Shown one piece after another: positions 20,992 through 31,455 of a stretch of 64,000 nt of DNA (position 1 is its first letter; the number at the start of each line of letters is the position of its first letter). A program made the position numbers and the translations under genes. The stretch comes from an uncultured Bacteroidota bacterium (GTDB taxonomy: Bacteria > Bacteroidota > Ignavibacteria > UBA10030 > UBA6906): contig CAVOYH010000004.1 in NCBI GenBank assembly GCA_963700635.1, positions 448,001-512,000 on the forward strand. Reading direction: 5' to 3'. The notes below the pieces were generated by a model. That model was not told where the DNA came from and searched no databases. It worked only from the letters and a program-made list of their open reading frames with translations.

Positions 20992-22192
20992 GGGGGGCAG
21001 CTCCCTTTCTGATTCCGTTTGCGGTATGTCGTTTGGCGAGAAACCACGAATCCATCAGAAAGGGGACAGGGTCGCGCATGGAGTGTACGTGATACACTTT
21101 CTTCCCCATGTATGACCGTAACCAGGTGCCGATCGTCCACTCGCCGGTCTTCCGGTAGTCCATGAAGGCTTTTACATCTTTGTTAAGATCGATCCACTTG
21201 ACGCCGTGTTGGAGATCTGGTTTCAGAGGGGATTCGGCGCCGATCAAATCGTAATAGGCCAGGGCGGTAATATTGAGTCCGCTACCGGTGGCAAGGTATG
21301 CCCACAGACTGTTTCGCGTGTGCATTTCCATGATCTTTAGTGCGCGTGTTTTCCGGTCGCGCTTAAATTGAATGTTTACGTGTCCGCGCAGCCCCAGACG
21401 CTGTGCGGCCTTTAAGGCGGTATCCGACATCTCGTCATCCCGTACTGTTTCCACGATGGAACCGACGCCTGCGTGAACGGGATAGATCCGGAGCTTGTGT
21501 CCGATAAAATGGGCAAGGGGTTGTTCATGCGCGTTAAAATACAGATTCACGCTGTACAGGTCCAGGTCATCCCCATCAATGTACTCCTGCATAACGACCG
21601 CAGGGTTTATCTGGACAACCTTCCTGAACATGGTGAGGAGTGATTCCCGGTCTTCGCAAAGGATCGCTTTTCGGTATGGCCCGACGAGTTCCAGAAACCG
21701 TGGATGCCACCAGTCGTCCTTGTGCGATGGCTTCAGAATGCAGGGGAATGCCAGCTGGCTGGAATAGTGATCAGCCTCTTCCACCGAGGCGGGCATGAAG
21801 GATTTTGGGACCGGCAGGGAGAGTCGTTCCGCCAACCTGGCAAATGCCCGTTTATCCAGGATCGAGTGTACAAGATCATGATCGGGCAGGTTAAAGTAAT
21901 AGTATGGCGCAAGTTCGTCCCTGAACTGCGAGAATGTCAGGACAGCCCTGTCGTCGTCGCTGAAGAAGGCCATTTTTCGCCCCTCTTCTTTTCCGAGGGC
22001 GATGAGCCGATCGACAAAATCCCTGGAAAGAGAGTGTGAAAAATGGACCCTGCGGGTGCAGTATCGGGAATAGTATGCGATGTTGTCATCATAATATGAT
22101 CCGACATAGACCGGAATGCCCACCTCGCCGAGACTGCGAACGAGTCCGATTTCGCCGCACACAAGTGCGGGTACGGGGGATCGGGTGGTCAT
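20984..22192 (-). CDS. ATP-grasp carboxylate-amine ligase (D-aspartate ligase-like)
   Basis: VRSLGEVGIPV, ILDKRAF..LA..L..PVPKS, FPCILKP, VMQEYIDG, NIQFKRD...KIMEMHTR. Confidence 0.8.
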   Translation of the reverse strand: MTTRSPVPALVCGEIGLVRSLGEVGIPVYVGSYYDDNIAYYSRYCTRRVHFSHSLSRDFVDRLIALGKEEGRKMAFFSDDDRAVLTFSQFRDELAPYYYFNLPDHDLVHSILDKRAFARLAERLSLPVPKSFMPASVEEADHYSSQLAFPCILKPSHKDDWWHPRFLELVGPYRKAILCEDRESLLTMFRKVVQINPAVVMQEYIDGDDLDLYSVNLYFNAHEQPLAHFIGHKLRIYPVHAGVGSIVETVRDDEMSDTALKAAQRLGLRGHVNIQFKRDRKTRALKIMEMHTRNSLWAYLATGSGLNITALAYYDLIGAESPLKPDLQHGVKWIDLNKDVKAFMDYRKTGEWTIGTWLRSYMGKKVYHVHSMRDPVPFLMDSWFLAKRHTANGIRKGAAPHA

Positions 22193-23364
22193 GGGTTGTT
22201 TTCCTTTCTTCGAGAATGTGCTGCGGCAGCGAGGAGTTCCATCACCGTAGAGACATGATGAGAGAGATCGTAGTGTTCTTCAATACGCTTCCTGCCCCTG
22301 GCCCCCATTTCGAGGCACCGCGGGGGGCTGGATCGCAGTGTGCGGAGTCTGTCGCGGAGGAGGTCCAGGTCATCAGGCCGGACCAGAAACCCGGTCTCGC
22401 CGTCGACGACGATATCGCTGATTCCGCCGACATCGGATATGATGACCGGGAGGCCCATCGCCATTGCCTCCAGCGCCACGATGGAATAAGTATCCGCTCT
22501 TGTCGGGAGCACAAATGCGTCCGCTTCGGCGTAGAGGGCCACGAGTCGGGAACTGTTCGGTTCAAGGTCTGAATGCACAACAATGTTCGGTCCCGATTTG
22601 CCAACAGGCGAAGATGTCACAAAATGGAATTCACAATCGCGGAATTCCGGTTCCTGTGCAAGGCGGAGGAGGAGGTCGCCTCCCTTCCTCTCAAAGTTCC
22701 AGCCGACGTGGAGTACTCTGAATGGCTTCTGCACCCCGCGCGCGTAGGAGGCAATGCGGTCCGGGGGGTTCCACTTGTTCAGATCAATTCCCGGAGGCAG
22801 GACTGTGATCCGCTCCGGCGGGATGCCATATTCATTCACGAACGAATCGCGGACGGCCGTAGACCACGGGAGGAGATGGTACGCACTGGCGTAGACACTC
22901 CGGGTTATCCGGTGCTTGAGCTTTGATATGTGGGACTCTGGGTCAAATTCCGGAACTGCGTACCAGAGTTTGTGTTTTGCGCAGAACAGAGGTGTTATAT
23001 CGGTCGAGAGCAGATAAGGAACCCGCCGCCGGAAGCCCCAGAGAAAGGTAAGGAGACTGTGCTCGAGGAAATACGCAGCATCCAGAGCGCCGTGCTGCCG
23101 TACAAGGGGACGCATTCTCAACCAGGTGGCCATGGAGTTTTTCCATGACCCGTTCAACGAAATGGGGGGAATTTTTGTGATCCAGTCGTCAGGATACATC
23201 TCGATGGGCAGCCAGGATACAGTCACATCATTCCGTGTCTCGAGGGAACGTTTCAGGTTACTGTAAACGGTCTGGATTCCTCCCACCATCCAGATGGCAA
23301 AAAGAAAATGATTGCGGAGCGCCGTCTGGGTGAGAGGATGAGTCAAGTGTTGTGTCCCGTTCAT
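22189..23364 (-). CDS. Glycosyltransferase family 4
   Basis: ERKGGDLL, ADAFVLPTRADTYSIVALEAMAMGLPVI.SDVGG..DIV.DGETG. Confidence 0.9.
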   Translation of the reverse strand: MNGTQHLTHPLTQTALRNHFLFAIWMVGGIQTVYSNLKRSLETRNDVTVSWLPIEMYPDDWITKIPPISLNGSWKNSMATWLRMRPLVRQHGALDAAYFLEHSLLTFLWGFRRRVPYLLSTDITPLFCAKHKLWYAVPEFDPESHISKLKHRITRSVYASAYHLLPWSTAVRDSFVNEYGIPPERITVLPPGIDLNKWNPPDRIASYARGVQKPFRVLHVGWNFERKGGDLLLRLAQEPEFRDCEFHFVTSSPVGKSGPNIVVHSDLEPNSSRLVALYAEADAFVLPTRADTYSIVALEAMAMGLPVIISDVGGISDIVVDGETGFLVRPDDLDLLRDRLRTLRSSPPRCLEMGARGRKRIEEHYDLSHHVSTVMELLAAAAHSRRKENNP

Positions 23365-24587
23365 AATGCCGCCGCCTGTGTGATCGTGTGCCGTCGTGGA
23401 GCCGGTCGTGTTGAGAGTGATGCATACTGCGCCAGAAGCGTTTCTCCAATCTTATCCCATCCATGCTGCGCGTGGACCGCCTCTAACGCCCTTGCGGAAA
23501 GAGTGCCCCGGAGCGTGGGGTCCTCCAGGAGACGCACGACCGCGTCTGCAAATGCGTCGGGGGTGTCGGCAATGAGCAGATGTTCGTTGTGCCGGACCTC
23601 CAGACCTTCACACCCGAGGGAGGTGGAGACCGCCGGGATGCCCATTGCCATGGCCTCCAGGAGTTTTAAGCGGGTTCCCCCGCCCGCGTAGAGTGGTGCG
23701 ACGAAGACAGCAGATTCTTCGAGGAATGGCTTGACATCATCCACGAAACCAGTCACGCGAACGGATGGTGAGGCGGCACTACGGACGGCCTGGGATGGAT
23801 GCCCGCCGACAATGGTCAGATGTGCTCCCGGCACCCGCCTGTGTATGATCGGCAGGATCGCGTTGAGAAAATACTGGATCCCGGAGTCGTTTGGCTGATA
23901 ATTCAGCATACCCACAAACAGGACGGAGAGAGGTTTCCTCCTGTCCGGACGCGCTACAAACTCTGCAAGATCGACTCCGTTCGGGACCAGTGCGATCGTG
24001 GTTGAAGGAGCCATCGTTCTGAATATCGCGCGGTCCCGGTCGGAAACGGCCAGAACCATATCACAACGCTGGCAGCTGAGTGCTTCCTCCTGCTTCAATC
24101 GCCATGCAAATGCCTGAAAAAATATTCTCCGCAGGAGGCTGCCTGACTCCCGGGCTACACGGACCAGATTGTCATACTCAACATTGTGCGCATCGGCCAC
24201 AACCCTTGCAGCGGGAGGGAACCGGTACATTCTGAGGAGTGGATTCGTGATGTGAACGACATCAGGCATGGACTGTGCACACAACGCGTCGATCGCACCC
24301 TGCACACGGGCCCTGTGCCAGTGGCGTACCCATCCCCAGCCCGTGAGGATATACAGCACGACGCGCAGGACTCTCCGCCACCCGTGGTTCTGTACATCGG
24401 CGACAACGATTCTGTGTGCACGCTCGCCATAGGCTTCGCGGAACCCTGCGTCGTCATGGCCTGAACCCAGAATGAGGAGCGACACCGTGTGTTCTCTGGC
24501 GGCTTCCAGGAACAGGTGGAGATTTCTTCGTACGACGCCTGATCCCGGCGGGAAGAGGGCTGAGTGTGAAATCATGAGGATATTCAC
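23361..24587 (-). CDS. Glycosyltransferase family 4
   Basis: DAHNVEY, VPNGVD, GFVDDV, APLYAGGGTRLKLLEAMAMGIP.VSTSLGCEGL. The GTG start overlaps the upstream stop (GTGA). Confidence 0.9.
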   Translation of the reverse strand: MNILMISHSALFPPGSGVVRRNLHLFLEAAREHTVSLLILGSGHDDAGFREAYGERAHRIVVADVQNHGWRRVLRVVLYILTGWGWVRHWHRARVQGAIDALCAQSMPDVVHITNPLLRMYRFPPAARVVADAHNVEYDNLVRVARESGSLLRRIFFQAFAWRLKQEEALSCQRCDMVLAVSDRDRAIFRTMAPSTTIALVPNGVDLAEFVARPDRRKPLSVLFVGMLNYQPNDSGIQYFLNAILPIIHRRVPGAHLTIVGGHPSQAVRSAASPSVRVTGFVDDVKPFLEESAVFVAPLYAGGGTRLKLLEAMAMGIPAVSTSLGCEGLEVRHNEHLLIADTPDAFADAVVRLLEDPTLRGTLSARALEAVHAQHGWDKIGETLLAQYASLSTRPAPRRHTITQAAAL

Positions 24588-25927
24588 TTCTGCTCCCTCG
24601 CTATCACAAGAGACTTGTCGGGTTCGCGGGCCTTCTGAATCGCATCCGACAGGATTGTGCCGCATCGTTTCACACAGTAGGATAGAAATCCCGCTGAGAA
24701 GACGCCATGTTTGCGTGCATGGTGCGCAAGGTACGACCACTCGTGAATCGAACGCCGGACCAGGGCATCGCGGAGGAGTCGCGCGCTGTGTAGCAACTGT
24801 GCCTTCCTGCCTCCCTTGCTGTACATGAGCAGAGTCCAGTTCGGAACGTTTACTGCGCCGAGCGTATACTTGTACCGTTCCGTTCCACGCATAAAATCAT
24901 ACACTTTTACGCCCAGCGTATGGCACTCGCGCATGATGTGCATCAGGAGGACATTGCCTGGTGAATACCGGTTCACTTTCGGGGTCTCGAATGCCCCCCC
25001 GAGATATGTCGAGCATTCGGAACGGTAGACCAGTCCGTAGTCTCCGACAAACCGTTTCCCCTCCATTTTCAAGAATGCGAGAAGTAACCATCCCCTTTTC
25101 ATCAAGAGGGGGGCGACGCCGCGGTGGAATTGATCGGTTATTGAATCGGCAAATACACCCTGGTGTCCCACCACATTCCAGCGAGACTGATGCATCCGGA
25201 TAAAATCATTCATGGCCGATTCGACCTGTCCGAAATCCGTTACATGTTCGAACTCGGCGCGAAATTCCTCGCTGATGACCCGCATGCGCTTCATGAGGCG
25301 GTTACGGTGTGCGCTGGGGAATGTCGCGACGGTATCTGTCCACGTCTCCCGCAATGTCGTGCGGGGACAATATTCGCTCAGAAAACGCTCACCCGAGAAT
25401 CCGGCGGCAGAGAGTGCGGTTCGTAATCGGTCATGGGTCAGGGAGCCATCATGGATGTCTTCCAGCAGGACGATGTCAAAGTCCTTTCGGCGTAGGGCCA
25501 GATGTCGTGCGACCTGCGTGCATACCAGATCTTCTTTTCCACGCTCGACGATCAGGTCAAGATAGTCGGACGTTCCTCGGCCTGTAAAAGACAGCCTCCG
25601 GTATCCGAGAGGTCCGAGAACTGCGACCCGCTCTATGTACAGGGGGGCAATCCCGATGAGGATCTCCCCCTCGCGGACCACGATCATGTGGAGTCGTGAG
25701 CGTTTGTCCGGCTCCCCAAAATGCCTCCACCACGTCCGTTGCCATTCAAAAGTCTGGAAGACACGGGATTCGCTTCTGTCCAGCAGGTCATCCCATTCCC
25801 TTTGCAGGGCATCAAATTCGGTTGAAGTGTTCAGAAGATGCACCTGGATGGGGAGGTCCATCTTCACCATGGGATCTTTTCTCAGTGTGGGGGTCGTCGT
25901 CATGGTATGTTGGAATTGTGTATTCAT
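24584..25927 (-). CDS. GNAT-family acyltransferase (CelD/BcsL, Acetyltransf_6-like)
   Basis: WDDLL...FQTFEWQRTWW, LIGIAPL, SDYLDLI, MHQSRW, YSPGNVLL, YDFMRGTERYKY. Confidence 0.85.
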   Translation of the reverse strand: MNTQFQHTMTTTPTLRKDPMVKMDLPIQVHLLNTSTEFDALQREWDDLLDRSESRVFQTFEWQRTWWRHFGEPDKRSRLHMIVVREGEILIGIAPLYIERVAVLGPLGYRRLSFTGRGTSDYLDLIVERGKEDLVCTQVARHLALRRKDFDIVLLEDIHDGSLTHDRLRTALSAAGFSGERFLSEYCPRTTLRETWTDTVATFPSAHRNRLMKRMRVISEEFRAEFEHVTDFGQVESAMNDFIRMHQSRWNVVGHQGVFADSITDQFHRGVAPLLMKRGWLLLAFLKMEGKRFVGDYGLVYRSECSTYLGGAFETPKVNRYSPGNVLLMHIMRECHTLGVKVYDFMRGTERYKYTLGAVNVPNWTLLMYSKGGRKAQLLHSARLLRDALVRRSIHEWSYLAHHARKHGVFSAGFLSYCVKRCGTILSDAIQKAREPDKSLVIAREQK

Positions 25928-26712
25928 CAGAACCCTTTCCGGATTTCGAGCGGCGTGGTCTGTCCCACGATGCGGCGGGCTTTCCACCAGGCCCATAATC
26001 CCAGTTTTTCTGCACCTGACAACTTCGCCCCAAACCGGAGGCCTTGTGCGTTCGTGGTTACGTTGACTCTGCGGATTTCCCAGCGGTCACTCCCCGGATG
26101 GAAGGGCCCCCCGTTTACGGCAAATGCACAGAGATATCCGGCGCTCCGCAGGGCGTTCTTTGATCTGCCATCAATATGGCTGTACGGGTAGGAAAAAGCC
26201 CTGGATCCGGAACCGGTTATATGCTCGATGTTCGCTTTTGAGTCCATAAGCTCCGCATACAGATCTTTGTCGCTCAGGCCCGGCAGAGAACGGTGTGTAA
26301 GCGTGTGCGATCCAAACTCTATTCCGTGGCCCGCCATCTCGGCTATCTGCCCGGGCGTAAGGAGCCGGGTTTCCGGAATGCCGAGAGGGACGTCCCACCA
26401 ATTTGTCCGGCGTGAAAAATCGGCCACGAGAAATATCACCGCCGGGATCTTATACTCTCGGAGAATCGGGAATGCATGAATGTAGTTGTCTTCATAGCCG
26501 TCATCAAACGTAACTAACACCCGTTTTGCCGTCTGTCCGACTGCTCCGCCATCGTCAGAAAGGAGCTCGTCCAGAGTGACCGCACGGTACCCGTGAGCAA
26601 GGATGTATTCCATCTGCCGGCGAAAATCCGACTCGCGGACGACATACGTCGACGAAAAATCCTCCCGATCAGAACACACGCGGTGGTACACAAGCGGCTG
26701 GATACTGCTCAT
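25927..26712 (-). CDS. Polysaccharide deacetylase (CE4/NodB)
   Basis: LVYHRV, VTFDDGYEDN, FGSHTLTH, FSYPY. ATG 26712 overlaps the upstream stop. Confidence 0.92.
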   Translation of the reverse strand: MSSIQPLVYHRVCSDREDFSSTYVVRESDFRRQMEYILAHGYRAVTLDELLSDDGGAVGQTAKRVLVTFDDGYEDNYIHAFPILREYKIPAVIFLVADFSRRTNWWDVPLGIPETRLLTPGQIAEMAGHGIEFGSHTLTHRSLPGLSDKDLYAELMDSKANIEHITGSGSRAFSYPYSHIDGRSKNALRSAGYLCAFAVNGGPFHPGSDRWEIRRVNVTTNAQGLRFGAKLSGAEKLGLWAWWKARRIVGQTTPLEIRKGF

Positions 26713-27920
26713 CGGGGCTCCTTTGTTGACGATATGGCCTCTCGTGATGTACGTATCCATTGTGATGTATCTCCGGTCGTTGCAAGACGGAGATAAAGAC
26801 GGATCTTCCAGAGTGCGTACCGGGGCACATAGCGCAGCAGAGAAAGGATCTCCCGAAGCGCGCCGGCCGCGGCAAATCCCAGGAGGGCATGGATCGTGCC
26901 CATAAGGGCCGTAAGACCCCAGAGGAAAAGGAACAGTGGACTCTGGAGGACGCCAACGGCCCAGAGGACCCCATTCAGGAGAATCATGGAGAAAACCCAG
27001 ATCATGACGGTGATGAAGGGAGGTGTCAGGAGGTCGATCCATGCATCCAGGAGCCTGAATGACCGGTTCCTGATCGCTGCAGCCAGCAGGGGCCAGGCGT
27101 AACGGCGGATAACCGGGACACGTCCGCTTTCCCACCGTGCGCGCTGGGATTCAGCGTTCCGCGCATCGGTGGGCATCGTGGCAAGCACCTGTGCTTCAGG
27201 GAGGAACCACACCCGGATCCCGTGAAGAAGGAGCACCAGCCCGTATTCCAGATCTTCGGCCCTTGAATACGCTGCCCAGGGTATCTTCCGCAACGTGTCA
27301 ACCGTGAATGCCATTCCATTACCGCGGAGCCCGGCAGAACACAAAAGCGCCGACCGGCCCAGCGGCCTCGCAAAATTGTAGAGCAGGAATCCCGCGCGTG
27401 TGGCTTCAGCGCTCCAGGAACCGGGTGTCGGCCTCACCTGGTCATTACACTGACAGGCGGCCGCTCCATGTTCGAATGCTCCGTTGATGTCCGCAAGGAG
27501 GTTCGATGAAACCACGGTGTCGGCATCACACACGACAAATCCTTCATACGAATCCTGTAAAAGAGTGTCGAATGCCCACCGTAAAGCATATCCTTTTCCC
27601 TTTTCACCGGAAGAGGTCCGCACGAGAACCCGTGCCCCCTCGGCCCGGGCAAGGTCCGCGGTTTCGTCCGAACAATTGTCGGCGATGACCACCACGTCAA
27701 ACAGGGAGGCAGGATAGGATACTGCCTGCAGACTTCGCACAGTCTCGGTGATGGAAGCTTCTTCATCGTGGGCCGGAACGACGAGCGCAAAGCGCCGGTG
27801 TGTCAGTGTCTCCGGAATATGTTTCCGTGGCACGAGATACGCCAGCACACTCAGCAGCGCGAGATACGCCAGAGGGAGGCCCAGCAACAGCAGGAGAACG
27901 ATTTGGATAAGGTTGATCAC
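26709..27920 (-). CDS. Glycosyltransferase family 2 with TM helices
   Basis: VPAHDEE, ADNCSD, GKGYAL, CDADT, GNGM, AEDLEY, SQRARW (QxxRW). Confidence 0.92.
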   Translation of the reverse strand: MINLIQIVLLLLLGLPLAYLALLSVLAYLVPRKHIPETLTHRRFALVVPAHDEEASITETVRSLQAVSYPASLFDVVVIADNCSDETADLARAEGARVLVRTSSGEKGKGYALRWAFDTLLQDSYEGFVVCDADTVVSSNLLADINGAFEHGAAACQCNDQVRPTPGSWSAEATRAGFLLYNFARPLGRSALLCSAGLRGNGMAFTVDTLRKIPWAAYSRAEDLEYGLVLLLHGIRVWFLPEAQVLATMPTDARNAESQRARWESGRVPVIRRYAWPLLAAAIRNRSFRLLDAWIDLLTPPFITVMIWVFSMILLNGVLWAVGVLQSPLFLFLWGLTALMGTIHALLGFAAAGALREILSLLRYVPRYALWKIRLYLRLATTGDTSQWIRTSREAISSTKEPR

Positions 27921-29137
27921 GCCTTTGCCACTCCCTCAGCCATCCGGGACCGGAACACCGCAGCATACGCGTCGTTCAGTTGGTTTCCGACGACTGACCA
28001 ATCATACCGGGCGCTGACAAGTTCATGCCCGTTCTCGACGAGTGATTTCCTGAGCCGTTGATCCCGCATCAGCTGTACTGTCGCGTCCGCAAAGGCCGCT
28101 GGTTCATCCGCGATAAGCGCCGTTCTGCCGTGCTCGACATCGATCCCTTCGCATCCGATGGATGTCGTGACGATCGGCCGGCGCATGGACATCGCTTCAA
28201 GCACCTTGAGTCTGGTTCCCCCGCCAATACGAAGAGGCACAACATAGACGGATGCCCGTTGCACGTAGGGACGCACATCCGGAACAAATCCGGTAACAAT
28301 AATATTGGAGGAGGCATACCGCCGCACGGATTCCGGCGGCGCGTTACCCACCACGTACAATTTTACTTGCGGTACCTGTCGCTGGATTAAAGGGAAGATG
28401 TCCCTGATAAAATATTCTATCCCTTCAGCGTTTGGAAAGTAATTGATCGCACCGGTGAAAACGAGCGAGTATTCTTCCGGCGTAGTGTCCGGAAACTGGA
28501 AGTACGAAGTGTCCACACCGTTCGGGATAACAAATTTTGGGACATCAGGCACATCCGCCTCGAGCATGTTGCTGTCACGCCTCGATGTCAGAAAAATGGC
28601 GTCCTGCTCCCGGCAAATGGATATTTCCTGTGGATACAGTTTGCGATACTCATAGTCAGCCCACCATCGCCGGACAAACCCATCTGTGGATTGTGCTACC
28701 CTCCGGTGGATGTCATATTCTATGTTTGCAGCATCGAGGACCCTGACCGCTTGAGTGTTGAACGTGAAATACCCCATGACCGGGTAAGCGATCTGGACCA
28801 GATCGAACGACTCCCGCTCCAGAATCCGATCGAGAGCGCGCTGCATCGCCCGGTTCCTGGACGTAACCTCTGTGAATGAGGTATTCCGGATTAGTGCGTA
28901 GAGTTGTCCGATCCTCTTCCATCGTTCAGCGAGCAGAGGGGGCTCGGGGAGCATGGTGGTCTTTTCTGCCGGATGGCCGAGTGCGCGTTCCAGCGCTCGG
29001 GCGTCGCCTGCAGTGCCGTAACCCAGTACCTGCACGTCATGGTACCGGGTCATCCATTGCAGAAGGTGGAAGACACGAAGACCCCCGCCAAAGGTCGGCG
29101 GCACCGGCGCGTACGGTATGAGGTTCAGGATCTTCAT
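27917..29137 (-). CDS. Glycosyltransferase family 4
   Basis: FGGGLRVF, IPNGVD, FTGAINYFPN, VPLRIGGGTRLKVLEAMSM..PIVTTSIGCEGI. Paralogue of 23361..24587. Confidence 0.9.
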   Translation of the reverse strand: MKILNLIPYAPVPPTFGGGLRVFHLLQWMTRYHDVQVLGYGTAGDARALERALGHPAEKTTMLPEPPLLAERWKRIGQLYALIRNTSFTEVTSRNRAMQRALDRILERESFDLVQIAYPVMGYFTFNTQAVRVLDAANIEYDIHRRVAQSTDGFVRRWWADYEYRKLYPQEISICREQDAIFLTSRRDSNMLEADVPDVPKFVIPNGVDTSYFQFPDTTPEEYSLVFTGAINYFPNAEGIEYFIRDIFPLIQRQVPQVKLYVVGNAPPESVRRYASSNIIVTGFVPDVRPYVQRASVYVVPLRIGGGTRLKVLEAMSMRRPIVTTSIGCEGIDVEHGRTALIADEPAAFADATVQLMRDQRLRKSLVENGHELVSARYDWSVVGNQLNDAYAAVFRSRMAEGVAKA

Positions 29138-30630
29138 GACTTGACGGATCTCCCGGTCAGAAAGAACCCCCGGAGGCCCGAGGACGAGATCGTGGATCTG
29201 ACAAAGGCCCTGTCCTCCGGCTGGATCGCCCCGGTCAGAAAGATAGCGCCCACATAGACCCCGGCTCCTGCAAGGGCCTGGAGAAGCCAGTGGACCTGGA
29301 GTGTACTGAGACCCCAGATGCAGAGAGCCAATGAAATGCCGGCGAGTATGGTTCTGAGCGGCTGATGAAATCGTTTTTTGGGAAAGAATCCCCGGGGGAG
29401 CAGCAAGAGCGCAGTAATAAGGATTCCCAATTCCGTGATATTGGTTGCGATCGCCGATCCGATTCCGCCATTTCCTGCCACATCCTGAAAATACGGTATG
29501 AGGAGGGCGTTCAACCCGATGCTGAAGGGTATCGCCGCGAGTGCAACCCACGACCACTGACGCTGCCTATCCATGGCAATCAATGCCGTCACAAGAACAA
29601 AATCGATATACACGAGTATCAGACCGGGTGAGAGTGCTGCGAGCACTGCAACGGAACCGGCGTAGTCCGTCGCACCGAACAGCGTCGTAATAATTTCTTC
29701 GGAAAACGCATACGTGCCGATGGAAAGAGGGATCGCGACCATGAGGATTATTTCAAGACTTTTCATTGTCGTCATCACCACGGTACCTTTTTGATCCACA
29801 CTCCTCGAAAGCACAGGAAATACGGCGATAGACAGAATGCTGGGAAAAAACATGAGGATATCAAAAAACCGGAACGCCGCGCCGAACCACCCCACAACTT
29901 CTTCCGGCACCATCAATGAGAGCATCACAGCGTTGATCCGGTAGTAGATAACGGCGAAGATGGCCATCATCAGATAGGGGAGCCCCTCGCGGGCGAGCCC
30001 CGCTACGTTCGCCCAGTTCACGCGGGGCAGATGGGGAACAAAAGGCCGGAGCCGGCGGAACGCAATAACACAACCCAGAAGCGTGCTGGCTCCCATAATA
30101 ATTGCAATGGTGAAAGAGGTCCCACCCATCACAAGCGCGGTAACACCTACGACGGTGAGGAATACTCGTTCTACGATCGACACCACAGATCGGTGCACCA
30201 TCTCCTCAAATCCTTGAAATGCGCTGATAAACACTCCCAGAGGGCCTTCCCAGAGTTTCGCGCCGACGAGAATGAGAATGACAACCTGCACAGGCCAGGG
30301 ATATCCCACGAGCCAGGAAAAGAGTCCAAGAAGCAACAATGAGACAACGCTGAGGATCATCCGGAAGCCAATAGAGTCCGAGATCAACGACGGGGCGTGA
30401 TCGTGATGCCGCGCGATTTCTTTCGCGATAAAATACGCACCGCCGAAGTCCACAAAGACCTGTGCGATCATGGCGACGGACATCGCGAGGTAGAGTCGGC
30501 CAAAATCCTCACTGCCGAGATATCGCGGCAGGAAGAGCATCAACACGAACGACGAGACCCACGTGACCACCTGAGATCCCATCATCACGGTGGCGTTACG
30601 GGCTATGGATGTGGCTATCTCTTTGCTCAT
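29134..30630 (-). CDS. wzx: Wzx-type polysaccharide flippase
   Basis: IARNA...LPRYLGSEDFG, DFG, about 14 TM helices, VGWFGAAFR, LNALLIP...GIGSAIAT. Confidence 0.88.
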   Translation of the reverse strand: MSKEIATSIARNATVMMGSQVVTWVSSFVLMLFLPRYLGSEDFGRLYLAMSVAMIAQVFVDFGGAYFIAKEIARHHDHAPSLISDSIGFRMILSVVSLLLLGLFSWLVGYPWPVQVVILILVGAKLWEGPLGVFISAFQGFEEMVHRSVVSIVERVFLTVVGVTALVMGGTSFTIAIIMGASTLLGCVIAFRRLRPFVPHLPRVNWANVAGLAREGLPYLMMAIFAVIYYRINAVMLSLMVPEEVVGWFGAAFRFFDILMFFPSILSIAVFPVLSRSVDQKGTVVMTTMKSLEIILMVAIPLSIGTYAFSEEIITTLFGATDYAGSVAVLAALSPGLILVYIDFVLVTALIAMDRQRQWSWVALAAIPFSIGLNALLIPYFQDVAGNGGIGSAIATNITELGILITALLLLPRGFFPKKRFHQPLRTILAGISLALCIWGLSTLQVHWLLQALAGAGVYVGAIFLTGAIQPEDRAFVRSTISSSGLRGFFLTGRSVKS

Positions 30631-31448
30631 GAGTTTCCTGGAATCCGAATGCTGGTATCCTGTCCGAGCCGCGCCAGGGATTTCAGGCGCATCCGCTTAA
30701 TCCGCTCGCGAGGGCCAAAGACCTGCATCGCAAGCCCCAATGGTCCTACGGTGATCCCCACGGGGCGGCGCCCGATTTCATATAGGTCTGTCCCAAACAC
30801 GGTCGGGGATGCACCACCCCCGACTGCAAAATCATATCCGGCTTTGATTACCATCCTCTTGATCGCCGGCGTGACGGCATCGTGTGGGTAGGCGCAGCTG
30901 TGCACAGGCATGTCGAGCAGATCCTCAATGAGTGCCTTCGATCGGGTCAGTTCGCCCTCAACGACCTCTGCTGGAAGTGAGGGCAGCGGCCTCCCCGTGC
31001 ACGTCAGAGAGCCGATCTCACTTCCGGTTTCCGCGAGAGCATGGAGGTGATCGCCGCACGCGGCAAGGGTTGATCGGGTGTGTGTGTGAGTTGTTGAAGG
31101 GTCGCCGCTTGCCACAAACACCACCGCCCGGCCACCGATCTCACGGAACACGTGGAGAAGTGTGCGGTACAGCTCCGGCGGACCTCCATCAAATGTCAGC
31201 ACGACGGGCTTCCGGGGGAGATGCAGCTCACCTTTCAAGAACAGCCGGCAGTCGGAAAGGGTGATGAGGGTGAAACCCCAGCGGTCCAGAAGATCAAGAT
31301 GTCTCCGTAAAATATTTCCGGGAGGCACATCCCGGCTCCCCCTGGGAGGCGACAAGTGCCGGGACGGGATGGTATAGCGCAGTACTGTGATGCCATACGG
31401 ATCACCCTCAGCAAGCATTCCCTGTGCCAGTCGTGTTGTGAGATTCAT
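30627..31448 (-). CDS. Polysaccharide deacetylase-like protein with degenerate active site
   Basis: CE4 layout (LPRKPVVLTFDGG, EIGSLT, ELTRSKALIED, CAYP) but lacks the TFDDG and H-x-x-x-H metal ligands. Confidence 0.75.
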   Translation of the reverse strand: MNLTTRLAQGMLAEGDPYGITVLRYTIPSRHLSPPRGSRDVPPGNILRRHLDLLDRWGFTLITLSDCRLFLKGELHLPRKPVVLTFDGGPPELYRTLLHVFREIGGRAVVFVASGDPSTTHTHTRSTLAACGDHLHALAETGSEIGSLTCTGRPLPSLPAEVVEGELTRSKALIEDLLDMPVHSCAYPHDAVTPAIKRMVIKAGYDFAVGGGASPTVFGTDLYEIGRRPVGITVGPLGLAMQVFGPRERIKRMRLKSLARLGQDTSIRIPGNS

Positions 31449-31455
31449 TCTTCCT

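Noticed and set aside
26713-27135. N-terminal extensions of ORF-track calls (also 29138-29557, 24588-24740, 43424-43609, 48918-49058, 4758-4907)
   Set aside because: They overlap upstream genes. Internal starts with ATGA/GTGA coupling or an RBS fit family lengths better.
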